A stretch of 63,512 nucleotides of DNA, counting the filler, from Calcarisporiella thermophila CBS 279.70 (taxonomy: Eukaryota > Fungi > Calcarisporiellomycota): NCBI RefSeq assembly GCF_041956535.1. It is 12 parts of 11 records of this genome, joined end to end, with 100 filler letters (N's around TTAATTAATTAA, not from the genome) between each part and the next. Parts side by side here need not be neighbours in the genome. Positions count along the whole stretch, not along the records: positions 50,090 to 53,570 come from NW_027192200.1; positions 53,671 to 56,268 come from NW_027192281.1; positions 56,369 to 63,512 come from NW_027192219.1; 9 more parts are not named here. The stretch is one strand, 5' to 3'. Of the stretch, positions 50,272 to 63,512 are shown piece after piece. A model generated the notes under the pieces. It had not been told where the DNA came from and made no database searches. It was given only the letters and a program-made list of their open reading frames with translations. Numbering within the stretch: position 1 is the stretch's first letter; each line of letters starts with the position of its first letter. A program made the translations under genes and the position numbers.

Positions 50272-52220
50272 ATTAGCCTTCACTAGTTCGGCCAATGCCC
50301 TTTAGGCATCGTGCCCAAGTCGCATTCGCTGGATGGTATCGGCTCTTTCGGAGCCCAAATCGTGCTTTATTCGTAATAAAATATAGAAAAATTCGAAAAA
50401 TAACTAGACAAAATGAAATTGGAATTGAATGTCTTTAAACTGATTTTGATGTAAACTAAAACAGTGTATGGAAAAGTAAACATATAAATTGAGTTGCTCC
50501 TCTTTATCCTTCTCCTCAGCTTTTTCGAAGCCTCCGAATCGTGCGCTAAGAACAAGTTCACAAAACCCACACCTCTTCAAAAATCGAAAAATATGAGCAA
50601 TGAGCGTGCCATGGAAGGAATCCTCGAGAGAATCGAGCAATTGGAACTGTATTTCGGTAGACAACGAAACGAACGAGATAACAGAAGACCCCAACTACAA
50701 GATGACGGGGATGACGGGGAATTCCACTCTGATCCAGAAACGGAAGAGGAATCAGAAGAAGAAGAGGAAGAAAAGTTGGTCGCCGCCATAAAAGCGCGCG
50801 AGGCTGGAGCATACGACTTACGAGAAAACCTTAAGCAACTATTCCCAGAAGATTCCATACTCTCATTACTCTCGGGGAAATCAGCAAGACGATTTTACCG
50901 AAGATATCCACTACCGAGAGGAGGGTACCTACAAAGTCCCCAATTGGAAAGCTTCTTGCAACATCGTACCTCAAAGCCCACACAGCTGCTCGACGTATAC
51001 CTCGCAGAAATCCAAAAAGATATCCTTGGACTTGCAAGACTCCTCCTATTACTCCTCAACAAACTCGGTTCAGAACAAGGGAGAATCACGCAAAAAGGAC
51101 TTGAGGTCACCCTCGAGGATACCATACAACTCATCCTTCACACTGCGGTAAAGATCAAAGTGGAGCGGCGATCAAGAATTGCGAAAGAGGCCAAACTCCC
51201 CCAAGGAATGGTACGAGACGCAAAATTCGTACAATCAAAATCAAAAAGATATCTTTTTGGAGGAGTTTATCGGAGAGGTCATGGAACTTGAAAGAGCAGC
51301 AGCATTGTTCAACCAAGCACACAGAACACGACCTCAGAGCAAGCCCAGCTACTACAGCAGACGACGGTACAGCAATGGAAGACAGGGAAAAGGACAATGA
51401 GGGACAAATGTCCCCAAGTCCCAGCGGTACGACAACACGCCCAGCACCAACTACAACAACCTGCCGAGCAACCCAAAAAACACAAGCTCGAGTCAGAACA
51501 ACAGGTTCCCCGGGAATTAAAGGCGAGAATCCCTCCGGGTGGACGAACACAGCACTTTGCCAAGGAATGGGAAAAGCGAATAGGCAAGAGCTGGAGCACG
51601 AAAACAATACGGGAGGGGGTAAGGATACATTTCGAAAGAATGCCACCCCAAGAACAAGTAAAGCCATTTCATCTCTCCCACGACGACTTACAGGCCCTAG
51701 ACGAAGCAGTGGAAAGGTTCATAAAAGACGACACGGTAGAGATAGCGCAACCAGATGCAGAAGGATATCTATCGAACCTGTTCCCGAAAAGAGAGAAGAC
51801 CAAGATCAGACCGTTACTCGACCTGAGAAGGATAAACCAATACATACAGTACCAGCACTTCAAGATGGAGGGCCTACCAACAATACGGGACTTGGTACTA
51901 CCGGGAGATTATTTGATCAAGGTCGATCTGAGCGACGCCTATCTTACGATACCGATACATCAGAAGAGCCCGAAATTCCTCTCGTTCAGACATCGCGGAG
52001 AGACATATTCATTCAAAGCAATGCCATTCGGTCTAGCGTCAGCACCGAGGATATTCTCAAAATTGATGAAAGACGCACTAGAGCCACTGAGGAAACAAGG
52101 AATGCGTCTGACGTTCTATCTCGACGATATCTGCTTGATGCACCAATCAGAACAGAAGGCAAGAGAACAAGCAAAAGTTCTGGTGGAACACCTGGAAACA
52201 CTGGGATTCCTGATCAAATT
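50272..52220 (+). mobile_element. DIRS-type retrotransposon 5' half: terminal motif, frameshifted gag-like ORF (50594-51400) and truncated RT (to ~52220)
   Basis: GGRTQHFAKEW, RPLLDLRRIN, HFKME, DLSDAY, MPFGLASAPRIF, YLDD; overlapping ORFs. Confidence 0.88.
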
Positions 52221-52577
52221 AAGATTTATCACACAATAGCCAGGTTATAAATACGTGTAACGATAATTCTTTTTGACCTCCAAGAATGTAGTACGTTCGA
52301 ATATTCAATAGACAATAAACCTAATAAAGAGTTTAGTTTAGAATAGCCATAATTTACTTAGTTTCACGCAGCGACTTGATTATGGTTAATGCACAAGAAC
52401 CCCCTCTCCCCTAAAGGAGTTGCGCCTGAGTGAAATGAAATAAGAACAGTAGCAATATGCTTCTACTTTTAAGATTAATCATTTGGAGCTGTTAACACGC
52501 AATTTCACGCTGATTTATCGTCGCATTAGCTACATATTTTTCCTTCTGATTCAATTAATTTATCTAAATGTACAAGG

Positions 52578-53570
52578 ATGATTTTTGCGATGTCTGATGC
52601 AGAAGTTGCACTCAACTGTGCTTCCATCTTCTTTGCTCTTTTCATGATGAGTATCGTAATATGGTTACGAATTGTACGACCAAGAGTTTCGAACAACATT
52701 ACTTTCACTCTCAGCTTTTGGATTGGGATGGCCGATGCTTTTTATCGAGGTTCATATTTAATGTACATGGCATATGATTTTAACGATGCTATTCTCCCTT
52801 CGAACAACTGGCTTTGTCGAATACTGCTTTGGACGATCTATTTCTTTCCAACCTGGTTTTCACTGCTCACTGTGAGCATTGCCTTCGATCTACAAATTAC
52901 TTATTTACATGGAAAAAATAACATAGAGCGGTTTCAAGTGTGGTATCTTCCTGTCTCTTCAATAGTGGCTTTTATTATGTCGACACCACAACTATTCTAT
53001 GGAAGTGTATGGTGGAATACAGAATATGTATGTAATTATACCTTTTTATCAAATCGGACTAATGACGGAAATCTATATTTTAATTAGAAATATATTAGCA
53101 CAGATTGGCCTGATATCGTTGACCTTTCTATTGTCGTTATTCGCAGTACTATAATAATTATCAGCATATTCTACTCTGTCGTTGTTATTGTTGTCGCGCT
53201 CTTCCGAGTTCTACGTCAACTGCATGATTTAAATATGAAAAAGTATGTTATAAGTGAAGAGCGTCGTATTAAAGAGCGCAGAATTGTGCTCTCAGTATTA
53301 CGAAATCTCGGTTATCCATTGGTCCTCATTATTTGTATGCCGGCCGAAAGTATTATGGGCATTTTGTTTGCAACCCATACTAGATATACACCTTTTGGCG
53401 ATGCCACCAAGGTGGCAAAAAATATCACATCTGGGATGCTAGGAATTCTCAGTTTCATTGTTTTTCTATTCAATCCAACCTTTTCCAATTCGCTCTTCAA
53501 AAGCAGCTTCTTTAGGAAATGGATGACCTTCCAGTCGATTTCTCGGAGCATATCACACGCATCCACCGCT
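52578..53570 (+). CDS. Putative 7TM GPCR-like (Git3/cAMP-receptor-like) membrane protein; 3' truncated, start uncertain
   Basis: Series of TM segments; LSFWIGMADAFY, LCRILLW, SIAFDLQ, YPLVLIIC, GILSFIVFLFNP; intron at ~53028-53087. Confidence 0.65.
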
Positions 53571-53755
53571 NNNNNNNNNNNNNNNNNNNNNNNNNNNNNN
53601 NNNNNNNNNNNNNNTTAATTAATTAANNNNNNNNNNNNNNNNNNNNNNNNNNNNNNNNNNNNNNNNNNNNAAAGGAAAGAAAAGACTAGATTCTTTTGGT
53701 ATGTCATTCATTTATCCCTGGATTGTAGAAATGGTTGAATTAAGTTTTATTATTC

Positions 53756-55594
53756 ATGATAGAAGGAGAGAGTGATAATGCTTCTAGTCAAATGAATGAA
53801 CCGTACGATCTGCTAAAGTTGCACACTACAGCTGTTATTTTCGTACACGAGAACCAGCGATCTGTTTCAGCTTTTTCACTCGCGTTGGGTCTACAAAAAT
53901 TTTCAGGAGCTGCTCTGACGAAACTTGACACATGTGGCCCATGGTCTCTTCATCCTTCTGGGCAACCACAACGTCGAGAAGATATACATCTTCCGCTACA
54001 GATCTGCCATTCTGGCCAGGCAGAACGTTTATGGTTTTGGCTAACTGACTGGGAGATTGATGATAAGAACCCTCAAGTTGGCCACGAAGGCTGGCAATAC
54101 TCTAAGAGTTTTGATGATCCAGATGAAATATGGTCTCCTCATCAACCGAGCACAGGAGGAAGCTGGGTTCGAAGACGTCGATGGTTTAGGGTCATGAAGC
54201 GGAGGATTGAGCTAACAGAGGAATGTAAAGACGCAAATTTTGTCACCAGTGAGCCCCCTCAGAAAGGTGCTTTATCTCATATGATATTGCTTTAACTGGA
54301 TATCGAACTAAGCTAAAGTGTTTTTATTTTAAAACTAGCTCATGTTATCGGAATTATAGAAGCCGATGAACAACCTGAGTTGAACCTACCTTCCGTCACA
54401 ATTGACTCAGCTAATGATGCTATTTCTCAAAATCGAGAGTCACTTAATGCTACACTCGCCCCTATGCGTATATCTCCAGGCACAGTTTTTCCGGCCACAT
54501 CTACTTCTGTAACCACATCTGTTACTCACGCACATGCTCTCTCTGGAACATCTAGCTTTGATGACGATTCTCAGTCAGCAAAGCCTAGGAAAGAATCTAG
54601 TAGTCGGAGCTCAACTCCTCCCAATGACTATGTTTACACAAGTTTTCTAAGAATACCCGCGACTACACAATATCCTGGTAATACTTCTGTACATGACCAG
54701 TCAGCAATGCCGCAAGAGCTTCAATATAGAGAGTCAGGCATACCCTCAAACTTATTAGATAGAGTAATATGGGAATCAGATCAAGATGTAATCGAATGCC
54801 GTGTATGTAATCGCAAATTTAACTTATGGATACGAAGACATCATTGCCGGTATGTTTTGTTATATTGCTATGTTCACTGAATAGATACGCTCACTAAATA
54901 TTTTATTTATTATCATGCAATAGTCGATGTGGGCGCGTTGTATGCGATAAATGTTCGTCTTCTCGGGCTTTTCTGAAAACCGATGAAATCGCATATGATC
55001 CATCAAATCCCCCATATCCTCTCCCGTCCTCCGGATATTACCGCATATGCGACGATTGTTATCAGGATAAACAGCTAACTCACCATTCTTCATTATCGTC
55101 CCCTGAGATTCCCACCAGTAGTACCCTTCAACGTACACATAGTAATAGTAGTTTATCTGAATGCCCAGTGTGTGGTACCCGGCTGGCCGATATTGCAGGT
55201 GGAAAAGACGAACAAGAGCAACATCTAAAAGACTGCTTGGAGGGTAAAGTGGGGTCTGGTAGTGTGGGGGTAAAATATCTTGGTAGGTTGAAGATTATCT
55301 TAGATATTGATATCCTCATATGTTGTGTTAAATTTTATCTTCAGTTTCCAAACTAGCTGATGGCTCGATGCTTGTTGGAGAAGAATGTCCAATATGCTTC
55401 GAAGAGTTTATCCCTGGTAAATCAGTATTAAGAGGTTAAAATTAAACTATTACATGTTGCTGAAAAATAGTACATTTTTTCGAATATTAATAGGCGATGT
55501 CGTTGCGAGGTTAACCTGCCTCTGTACCTACCATCGACACTGCATCCATTCTTGGTTCTCAAGAGCAAAAGAGTGCCCCGTTCATTATACTTGA
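53756..55594 (+). CDS. DysF + FYVE + RING-H2 protein (Pib1-like C-terminus); 5' end uncertain
   Basis: WFWLTDWEID..EGWQY..WVRRRRW; WESD..RRHHCR|RCG..RICDDC; ECPICFEE..CLCTYHRHCIHSW..CPVH. Confidence 0.85.
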
Positions 55595-55737
55595 ATTGAT
55601 TGTACACTACATTGTTTTATCTGTGGTTTGGCCTGAAAATTAATTATTTCATTTGTGATGATTGTATTTGTGATATTTTTTATACTTTCCTAATATATTC
55701 ATAGATATTCGTTTCTAAGAATATTGAATTTTCTATC

Positions 55738-55871
55738 TTTTTTTTTTTTGATCAATCAAAGGAGACTTTTATTAGTTTCTTATTAGTTACAAGAGTTTAA
55801 TGATTACAATGAAAAAAGAAAGGGGGGAATAAAGGGGTAGGGATATAGTTAGGTGGCAAGGTAGAGCTTTG
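55738..55871 (-). mobile_element. 134-bp 5'-truncated LINE insertion
   Basis: Poly-T followed by a 3' UTR closely matching 8819-8947; perfect 17-bp TSD ATATTGAATTTTCTATC at 55721-55737 and 55872-55888. Confidence 0.88.
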
Positions 55872-55986
55872 ATATTGAATTTTCTATCACATTTACTTGA
55901 TTTTGGAAAAATGGCGCAGTAGAAATTTGAATTGGATTCAAACGAGCATTGAGAACTTTAATTTCAATAATACTATTACCCACACG

Positions 55987-56268
55987 ATGGCAGCGATGTC
56001 ATTCAATGCGGCACCGGTCATCCCTGAATTTGTCACTCCTCCTGTCCCAGGAGAATCGCATCCTTACTATGGCAATGACCATTTTGCTCAAGTTCGCTTA
56101 CCATCTCAACCACAATCGTCCATTCGACAACAGCATCGGTTTCAAATACGGAACCCATACGAGGATATTTTGAAAAGAGATCGAGATTTATACGAAGCTT
56201 GTGCGGATGGAGATGTATATCGATTACGCGAACTGATTTCACATGGCTTCTCACCGAATGATACGCAA
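55987..56268 (+). CDS. Ankyrin-repeat protein N-terminus, truncated
   Basis: LYEACADGDVYRLRELISHGFSPND. Confidence 0.55.
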
Positions 56269-56448
56269 NNNNNNNNNNNNNNNNNNNNNNNNNNNNNNNN
56301 NNNNNNNNNNNNTTAATTAATTAANNNNNNNNNNNNNNNNNNNNNNNNNNNNNNNNNNNNNNNNNNNNTTGCGCTTCCTGAATGCCTATGTGACTGCCTC
56401 TGTGACTTCTCCGTACAAAAACCAATTATATCGTAACAAAACATGTAA

Positions 56449-56521
56449 GCCCGGCTAGCTCAATCGGTAGAGCGTGAGACTCTTAATCTCAAGGTTGTGG
56501 GTTCGACCCCCACGTTGGGCG
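56449..56521 (+). tRNA. tRNA-Lys(CTT)
   Basis: GCCCGGCTAGCTCAATCGGTAGAGCG TGAGA-CTCTTAA-TCTCA ... GGTTCGACCCC ... GTTGGGCG. Confidence 0.96.
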
Positions 56522-56879
56522 ATAGTTTTTATTGCTCGTCTCTTTAGAATAATTTTTTTGGAATTTTATGGAAAGGCTTGGAAATTAACAACTAATTAAG
56601 CAAGGTATAACTCATTGTTGACAATCATATAATAAGGTTGTATAATTGGAAATTGCCGAGGAGTAACTCGGAGGTTGATCTTGCGCTCGGATTGGCCGTT
56701 AGTATAAATGATTCACTATTTAAAAGATTTTATCAGTGGCTTAATATGCATGAAAGAATGTATAAAAGAATTATCTTGAAAACAAAACTTTTTTAAAACA
56801 CATTCTAGTTTTTCATTTGTTTTTTCCTCTTTTATTTAAAGACCTTTTAAAAAAGAATCCTCACACAAGTATATACATT

Positions 56880-58412
<1,533 letters not shown>

Positions 58413-58883
58413 CCTACAAACCCAAAATATGGCTTATCCTCCTCCCCTTAAAAAAGAACTTATTGTTTTATATGGCAGAAAGGTTTTAATTTCTCAGAAA
58501 GTTTGATATCCTACTTTGCATTTATTTTTTCAACACTTGCTAGGTAGTTTTTTTTTTGTTGTGTTGATCTATTTGAATACAAAACTATCCTATCTAGTTA
58601 TGCCTCAGTGCCTGAGCAAAAAAATACTAAAATTTTTTCAAAAATCTCTTGCTATTAACTCTTCAATCTATTAGAGTTAATATGTTCAATAATACTAATA
58701 TCAATTTCTTTATTTGCACCCAAAGCACTCTAATTTTTTATTTAAAGTAGAATATTACAGTTTTTGTAGAGTGAATTTTCAGCCATAACAAACATTGCAC
58801 AACTGTGGCACAGTTTACTATTTAGAATCTTTTAACCCCGCAAAGAACAAATGCAGCCCTTAGTTATATCCAAGCTATGATAA

Positions 58884-60842
58884 ATGGAGAGTTCAAATAT
58901 AGATCAAATAGAAGATGAGGTACACTTGCTGCAGGAAAGGGATGAGATAGATAATAGATTTTCACCCATGGTGGTGGAAGAAGATGGGGAAGAAGAGGAG
59001 GAAGAGGAGGAAAGTGACGAGATGAAATGGACGCGTAAAATAGCCTTAATATGTGGGTGCACTTTCGGGGTTGGATCTCATTTTGCCGTCCATATCGTAG
59101 GGCCATTAAAGGATACTTTAAGAGAGGTTGCTACTTATTATATTAGTTTCTGGAATTGGTACTAAAGTTAAGTTTATTATATTTATTAGAATCTTGGCAT
59201 CTCGAACGCACAATTCTCCTTGCTTCAGTCATCGCTCAGTCTTTTTCCTACAATTTTGCCACTATTAGGTGGAATGATAATCGAGCGATTCGGAATTAAA
59301 ACAAGCTCCATCCTATTTACATCCATAATTTTATTGGGGCAAACATTGGTGCTAATGAGCGTATATGGTGGAAATGTCGAGGGAATGGTGATTGGATTCT
59401 GTGTTTTTGGAGTAGGATCATTGCTAGATCACAAGGAAGTCAGATATTAATAATATTCATTTCGATTTTCGTATTAGGTGGGTGCCGGACCTATTGTTAC
59501 TGTAATGGAGACAATTTTCGTTCGTTTCGCACGCAACAAAAATGTATCACTAGTCATGGGGCTCGGCCTATCTGCTGGCAAAATTGCAGGATTTATAGCC
59601 TCCATTACTGCGATCCCGCTGTCGAAAACGTTGCTCTTAGGCTGGCAGGGCCCATTCGTGGTCTCAACTCTGTTCTGCGCACTATCTTGGTTGGCCAATC
59701 TTTTTTATCTACGCTTGGTGAATAAGATGGAGCGAATGGGAAAGATATCCAACAAAGGGCAGGGACACACAACACGTCTACGATGGCAGGACATTTATGG
59801 GTTCTCAAATTTATTTTGGTGCTATCTTCTCATTTGTAAGAAATGGATGCGTCAATATTAAAAGAGAAAATTATTGATTTAACAATTCCTACCCTAGGCG
59901 TTGGTTTCGGTAGTGTTTGGACGCCTTTTGCCCATTTGTCACAGTCAGTTATCAAGCACCGCTATTACATATCCGACTTCACAGCTGCGTTGAACGCTTC
60001 CATCATTTTTGCACTTCCTATAGTTTTATTCCCATTCCTTGGACTAGTACTTGATAAAGTCGGCAAGCGATGTTATATTTGTGAGGGCTACTTTAAGATA
60101 TATATACATATAGAATCTCTGTCCTAATCAAAGTTTGTTTATAGTAACAGGATGTGCTCTATGTCTTGTATTGTGCTATGCCTTCATTCTGCTTCCTCCT
60201 GATTCTATTTTTACTCCACACCCTTTGATCCCGCTTTTGCTCTTTGGGCTCTCAATATCATGTGGCCCTATCACTCTGGTAACAGCCGTGCCTTATCTCA
60301 CCCGCCACATCCCTACCGGCCTAGGCCTTCACACATGTGTTGAAAGTATTGGTGCAACCTTTTTTGGTACTCTTGCGGGTGTATTGCTCGATCTTCATAT
60401 GGGAAAAGGCAACACAACGGTACCCATTGGACCAAATGATGATCTACCAGCAGTGAGACTCTTTTTTGGAATATCTTTGGTAACTTTTGTGGGCTGCGTC
60501 GTTTTTTGGTATGGGGACCGATACTGGGAACGAGATGGGGATGAGTCTGACGGGCCATTGGCAAGAAAAGGGATATTGAATGCTGGTGAGCGATTGTCCT
60601 CCCTAGCTGCTGCCGTTGATCCGTCCCAGACAATATCAAGAGAAGAGGAATTCGAGTTGAAAGGGACATCCTATCCGGCTAAAGAAAGCAATCTTACTCC
60701 AATACGGCGATTGAAAGTAAATATTTTCGTAGGGGCATCTGTAATAAGTCTTGTAACATCGTGGGTGTACTTTGCAGTGGTGGTGAGTAGCCATCAGTAC
60801 CTGGAGCATATTCCTCTGAAAAACAGTACAATAGCTGGCTGA
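58884..60842 (+). CDS. MFS transporter (MFSD1-like), multi-exon
   Basis: Multiple TM segments; GGMIIERFGIK and GLVLDKVGKR motif-A loops. Confidence 0.82.
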
Positions 60843-61215
60843 TAATTTATTAATTCGTGTTTGTCTTTTCATTTCGCTTTAATTTTGTACAATCATAAAT
60901 TATTTTCTATGCTATTTTACTATGTTAATTCATACTTTATAAATATTCTAAATTTATTCGCATTGATAAAAAGCTGTCGATTCTTATTTACGCACATAGT
61001 TTACTTGACGCTGTGTTCATTCGCGCGATCTTTTTTTTCTATTAATAAAATGCCCTGTGTCTGCTGGGTATATTGTGAGAAAAAATAAACCCGAAAAGAA
61101 TATTTCAACAGGTGTTATCTCAGCCTAAAGATTTTAAAAACCCCCGACTATAATGAGTTTCCATTTAGGTTAGGTTGATTCTATTAAACTCGGTTTTCGC
61201 TGTGAGAAACAGAGT

Positions 61216-63038
61216 ATGAACAGAATTTTCACCACATTTTCTCGTAAAATTCCCAAACATCAACATCTTCGCACTATGAGCACACAAATATCCGAGTTCC
61301 AGGGCCTCGTCACTGGCATTACCTCGGATAAGACGTTCCCGAGCCTTAACTCTGAAATACAATCTCACCTAGTTGGACAATTGGAACAATCTGGAGCAAA
61401 GGGCAAACGTGGAGATTGTCGTGTACTTTATCCTTCTAATGGTGAATTCCAACAGGTTGCCGTCGTGGGCCTCGGTAAACAAAATGAGGCCGAAGCAACG
61501 CGAACCGCTGTAATACTAGTACTAGTGAAAACGTGTTGCTATAATGATATATTTACACATATTTGTAATTTAGGCAGCAGTGGGTATCAAGACTCTCCGC
61601 GAGCGGGGTATAAGTTCCATCTCGGTTGACCCCATGGGAAATTCCCATGCCGCAGCCGAAGGTGCACATTTGGCTCTTTATTGCTTTGATGAGCTTAAGT
61701 CCTCAAAGCCAAGGCCCGTCCCTAGTATCAAGCTTGCGGGAAGCGAAGAAGGAAAAGATGGACTCAACTGGAAAACTGGTTTAATATATGCTGAAGCTCA
61801 AAATTTAGCGCGACGGCTAATGGAGATGCCTGCTAATCTAATGTCGCCGCGTATTTTTGCCGAACAGGCTAAGAAAAGTTTCGAGGGAATAAAAGACGTA
61901 GAGGTTATTGTGCGTGAGAAAGAGTGGGCAGAAAGCAAGGGCATGGTACGAGATCTTATGTAATCCCGCTAGCTTTAATGTGATCATACATTTTTCTTCA
62001 TTTTTTGAGTAGAACGCCTTTTTATCAGTTGCCAAGGGCTCCTCGGAACCTCTACGATTTGTTGAAATCCACTACAATGGAGACGCCAAAAACAAAAATG
62101 ACCTTGCACTCGCTTTGGTTGGAAAAGGAGTTACATTTGATGCCGGAGGTATATCAATTAAACCTTCCGACAATATGGCTTCAATGAAGGGTGATATGGG
62201 AGGCGCCGCGACAGTTCTCAGCACTTTGTACGGTATTGCGCGCCTCGGCTTGCCTCTCAACGTGAAAGGCTTTATTCCACTTTGTGAGAATCTCCCTTCC
62301 GGCACCGCGAGCAAGCCAGGAGATGTTGTTAAAGCGATGAATGGCAAATCAATTGAAATTGTGGACACTGATGCTGAAGGCCGAATGATCCTTGCTGATG
62401 CAATTTATTATGCATCCTCTACATATAGGCCTCGTACCTTACTTGATGTTGCGACTCTTACGGGATCGGTTATTATAGCTTTGGGAGAACTTTACGCGAG
62501 CGTTTTTACGAACTCGACCTCGCTCTTCAGAGAACTTGAGGCTGCAGGAGAGGCAGAATCCGATCCTTTTTGGAGGATGCCGTTACACTCTGGCTACATG
62601 AAACAAATCACAACGTCAACCACGGCGGATTTAATCAACTATGGGGGAAGGGCTGCTGGTGCTTGCACTGCTGCCATTTTCCTGAAAGAATTCGTATATG
62701 GGTTGAGCAAGGAAGTGAATGAGGAGTCTGAAAATGATGATGATGATGAGCTTGGGGAGGTGAAAAATGAAGAAAAAATCCGTTATGCTCACATTGGTAT
62801 GTATTGGTTCTCTAATAATCCTTATCAGAGTATTTGGCACATGATTACTCATTTATATTTTTAGATATTGCCAGCGTTATGGAGACTAATTCAAGCGAGG
62901 GATATAATGTCAAGGGAATGACTGGTAGCTATCAATAGCTTATTTTCAGAACATACTCCTACTGACCTTTGCATGATTATTCTAGGTCGACCCACTCGAT
63001 CTCTTATTGAATTCGCTCGACGTCTTGCTCAGAAATAA
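61216..63038 (+). CDS. Leucyl aminopeptidase (M17), multi-exon, possible mitochondrial presequence
   Basis: VGKGVTFDAGGISIK, MKGDMGG, DTDAEGR, ATLTG, AHIDIA, GRPTRSL. Confidence 0.94.
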
Positions 63039-63368
63039 ATAGAGTATGACCTTTTACTAAAGCAGTATCTTTTATAAATAAAACTTAACTATAAACTTAC
63101 GGCAAATATATAAATTTAACACTTCTCTTCGTTGTTTATCTTTGACAATTCAAATTAGCTGAAAATGTACTAAAGTGGATAATATGAGCTCGTGTATTAA
63201 AACGAGGTCTGTCAAACTATAAAATTTTAATTCTCCAATATTTAAATAGTGATAGTATCCCACATACTAATAGCTCTACTATTTATATATCATTTTCATT
63301 GAATATTTTGCAAAAGTGCTAATTAGAAGGAAAAATAATATTGAAAAAATTATACAGATGTACATATT

Positions 63369-63441
63369 CGCCCAACGTGGGGGTCGAACCCACAACCTTG
63401 AGATTAAGAGTCTCACGCTCTACCGATTGAGCTAGCCGGGC
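63369..63441 (-). tRNA. tRNA-Lys(CTT), identical to 56449-56521
   Basis: Exact reverse complement of the 56449 copy. Confidence 0.96.
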
Positions 63442-63512
63442 TTGTTGGAAACATTGGAGATTTTAACATATATCAGCTTCTAAAAATCATTAAATCTCGG
63501 ACATTTATTAAG

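Noticed and set aside
3189-56368. Regularly recurring TTAATTAATTAA flanked by Ns as a biological repeat or CRISPR array
   Set aside because: It is an artificial six-frame-stop contig linker. ORFs containing X runs are artefacts of it.
62355-62385. DTDAEGR instead of NTDAEGR in the M17 peptidase as a sign of inactivation
   Set aside because: The metal-binding and catalytic K, D, D, D, E, K and R residues are all retained.

Overview
This is eukaryotic, AT-rich, intron-rich DNA from a fungus, probably an early-diverging (Zoopagomycota/Mucoromycota-like) lineage; the taxon is inferred from gene style, DIRS elements and the GPCR type. The window is not one locus. It is 12 short contigs joined by 11 artificial 100-bp linkers (N-run + TTAATTAATTAA + N-run), plus one real scaffold gap at 19501-19761, so no linkage can be claimed across linkers. 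Housekeeping content: PNS1/CTL, a DUF2433-type metallophosphoesterase, SDA1, SNO1/PDX2, a DysF-FYVE-RING protein, DAHP synthase, an MFS transporter, an M17 leucyl aminopeptidase and three tRNA genes. Accessory content: (1) an intronless ORF at 1946->3188 whose motif series matches the AsR6-type non-canonical humulene synthases, the top find; (2) an NRPS with T-E(dead)-C-A-T-E-C architecture and no starter A domain; (3) a Zn2Cys6 TF + P450 + bacterial-style SAM methyltransferase cluster with no core enzyme; (4) a tandem subtilisin array with altered oxyanion-hole residues; (5) DIRS retroelements whose ITR/ICR ends can be reconstructed, LINE fragments with TSDs, Ty3/gypsy and Tc1 remnants, two solo LTRs, and a CCA-ending tRNA-like element with no anticodon loop. 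All homology calls are by-eye motif recognition; no searches were run.
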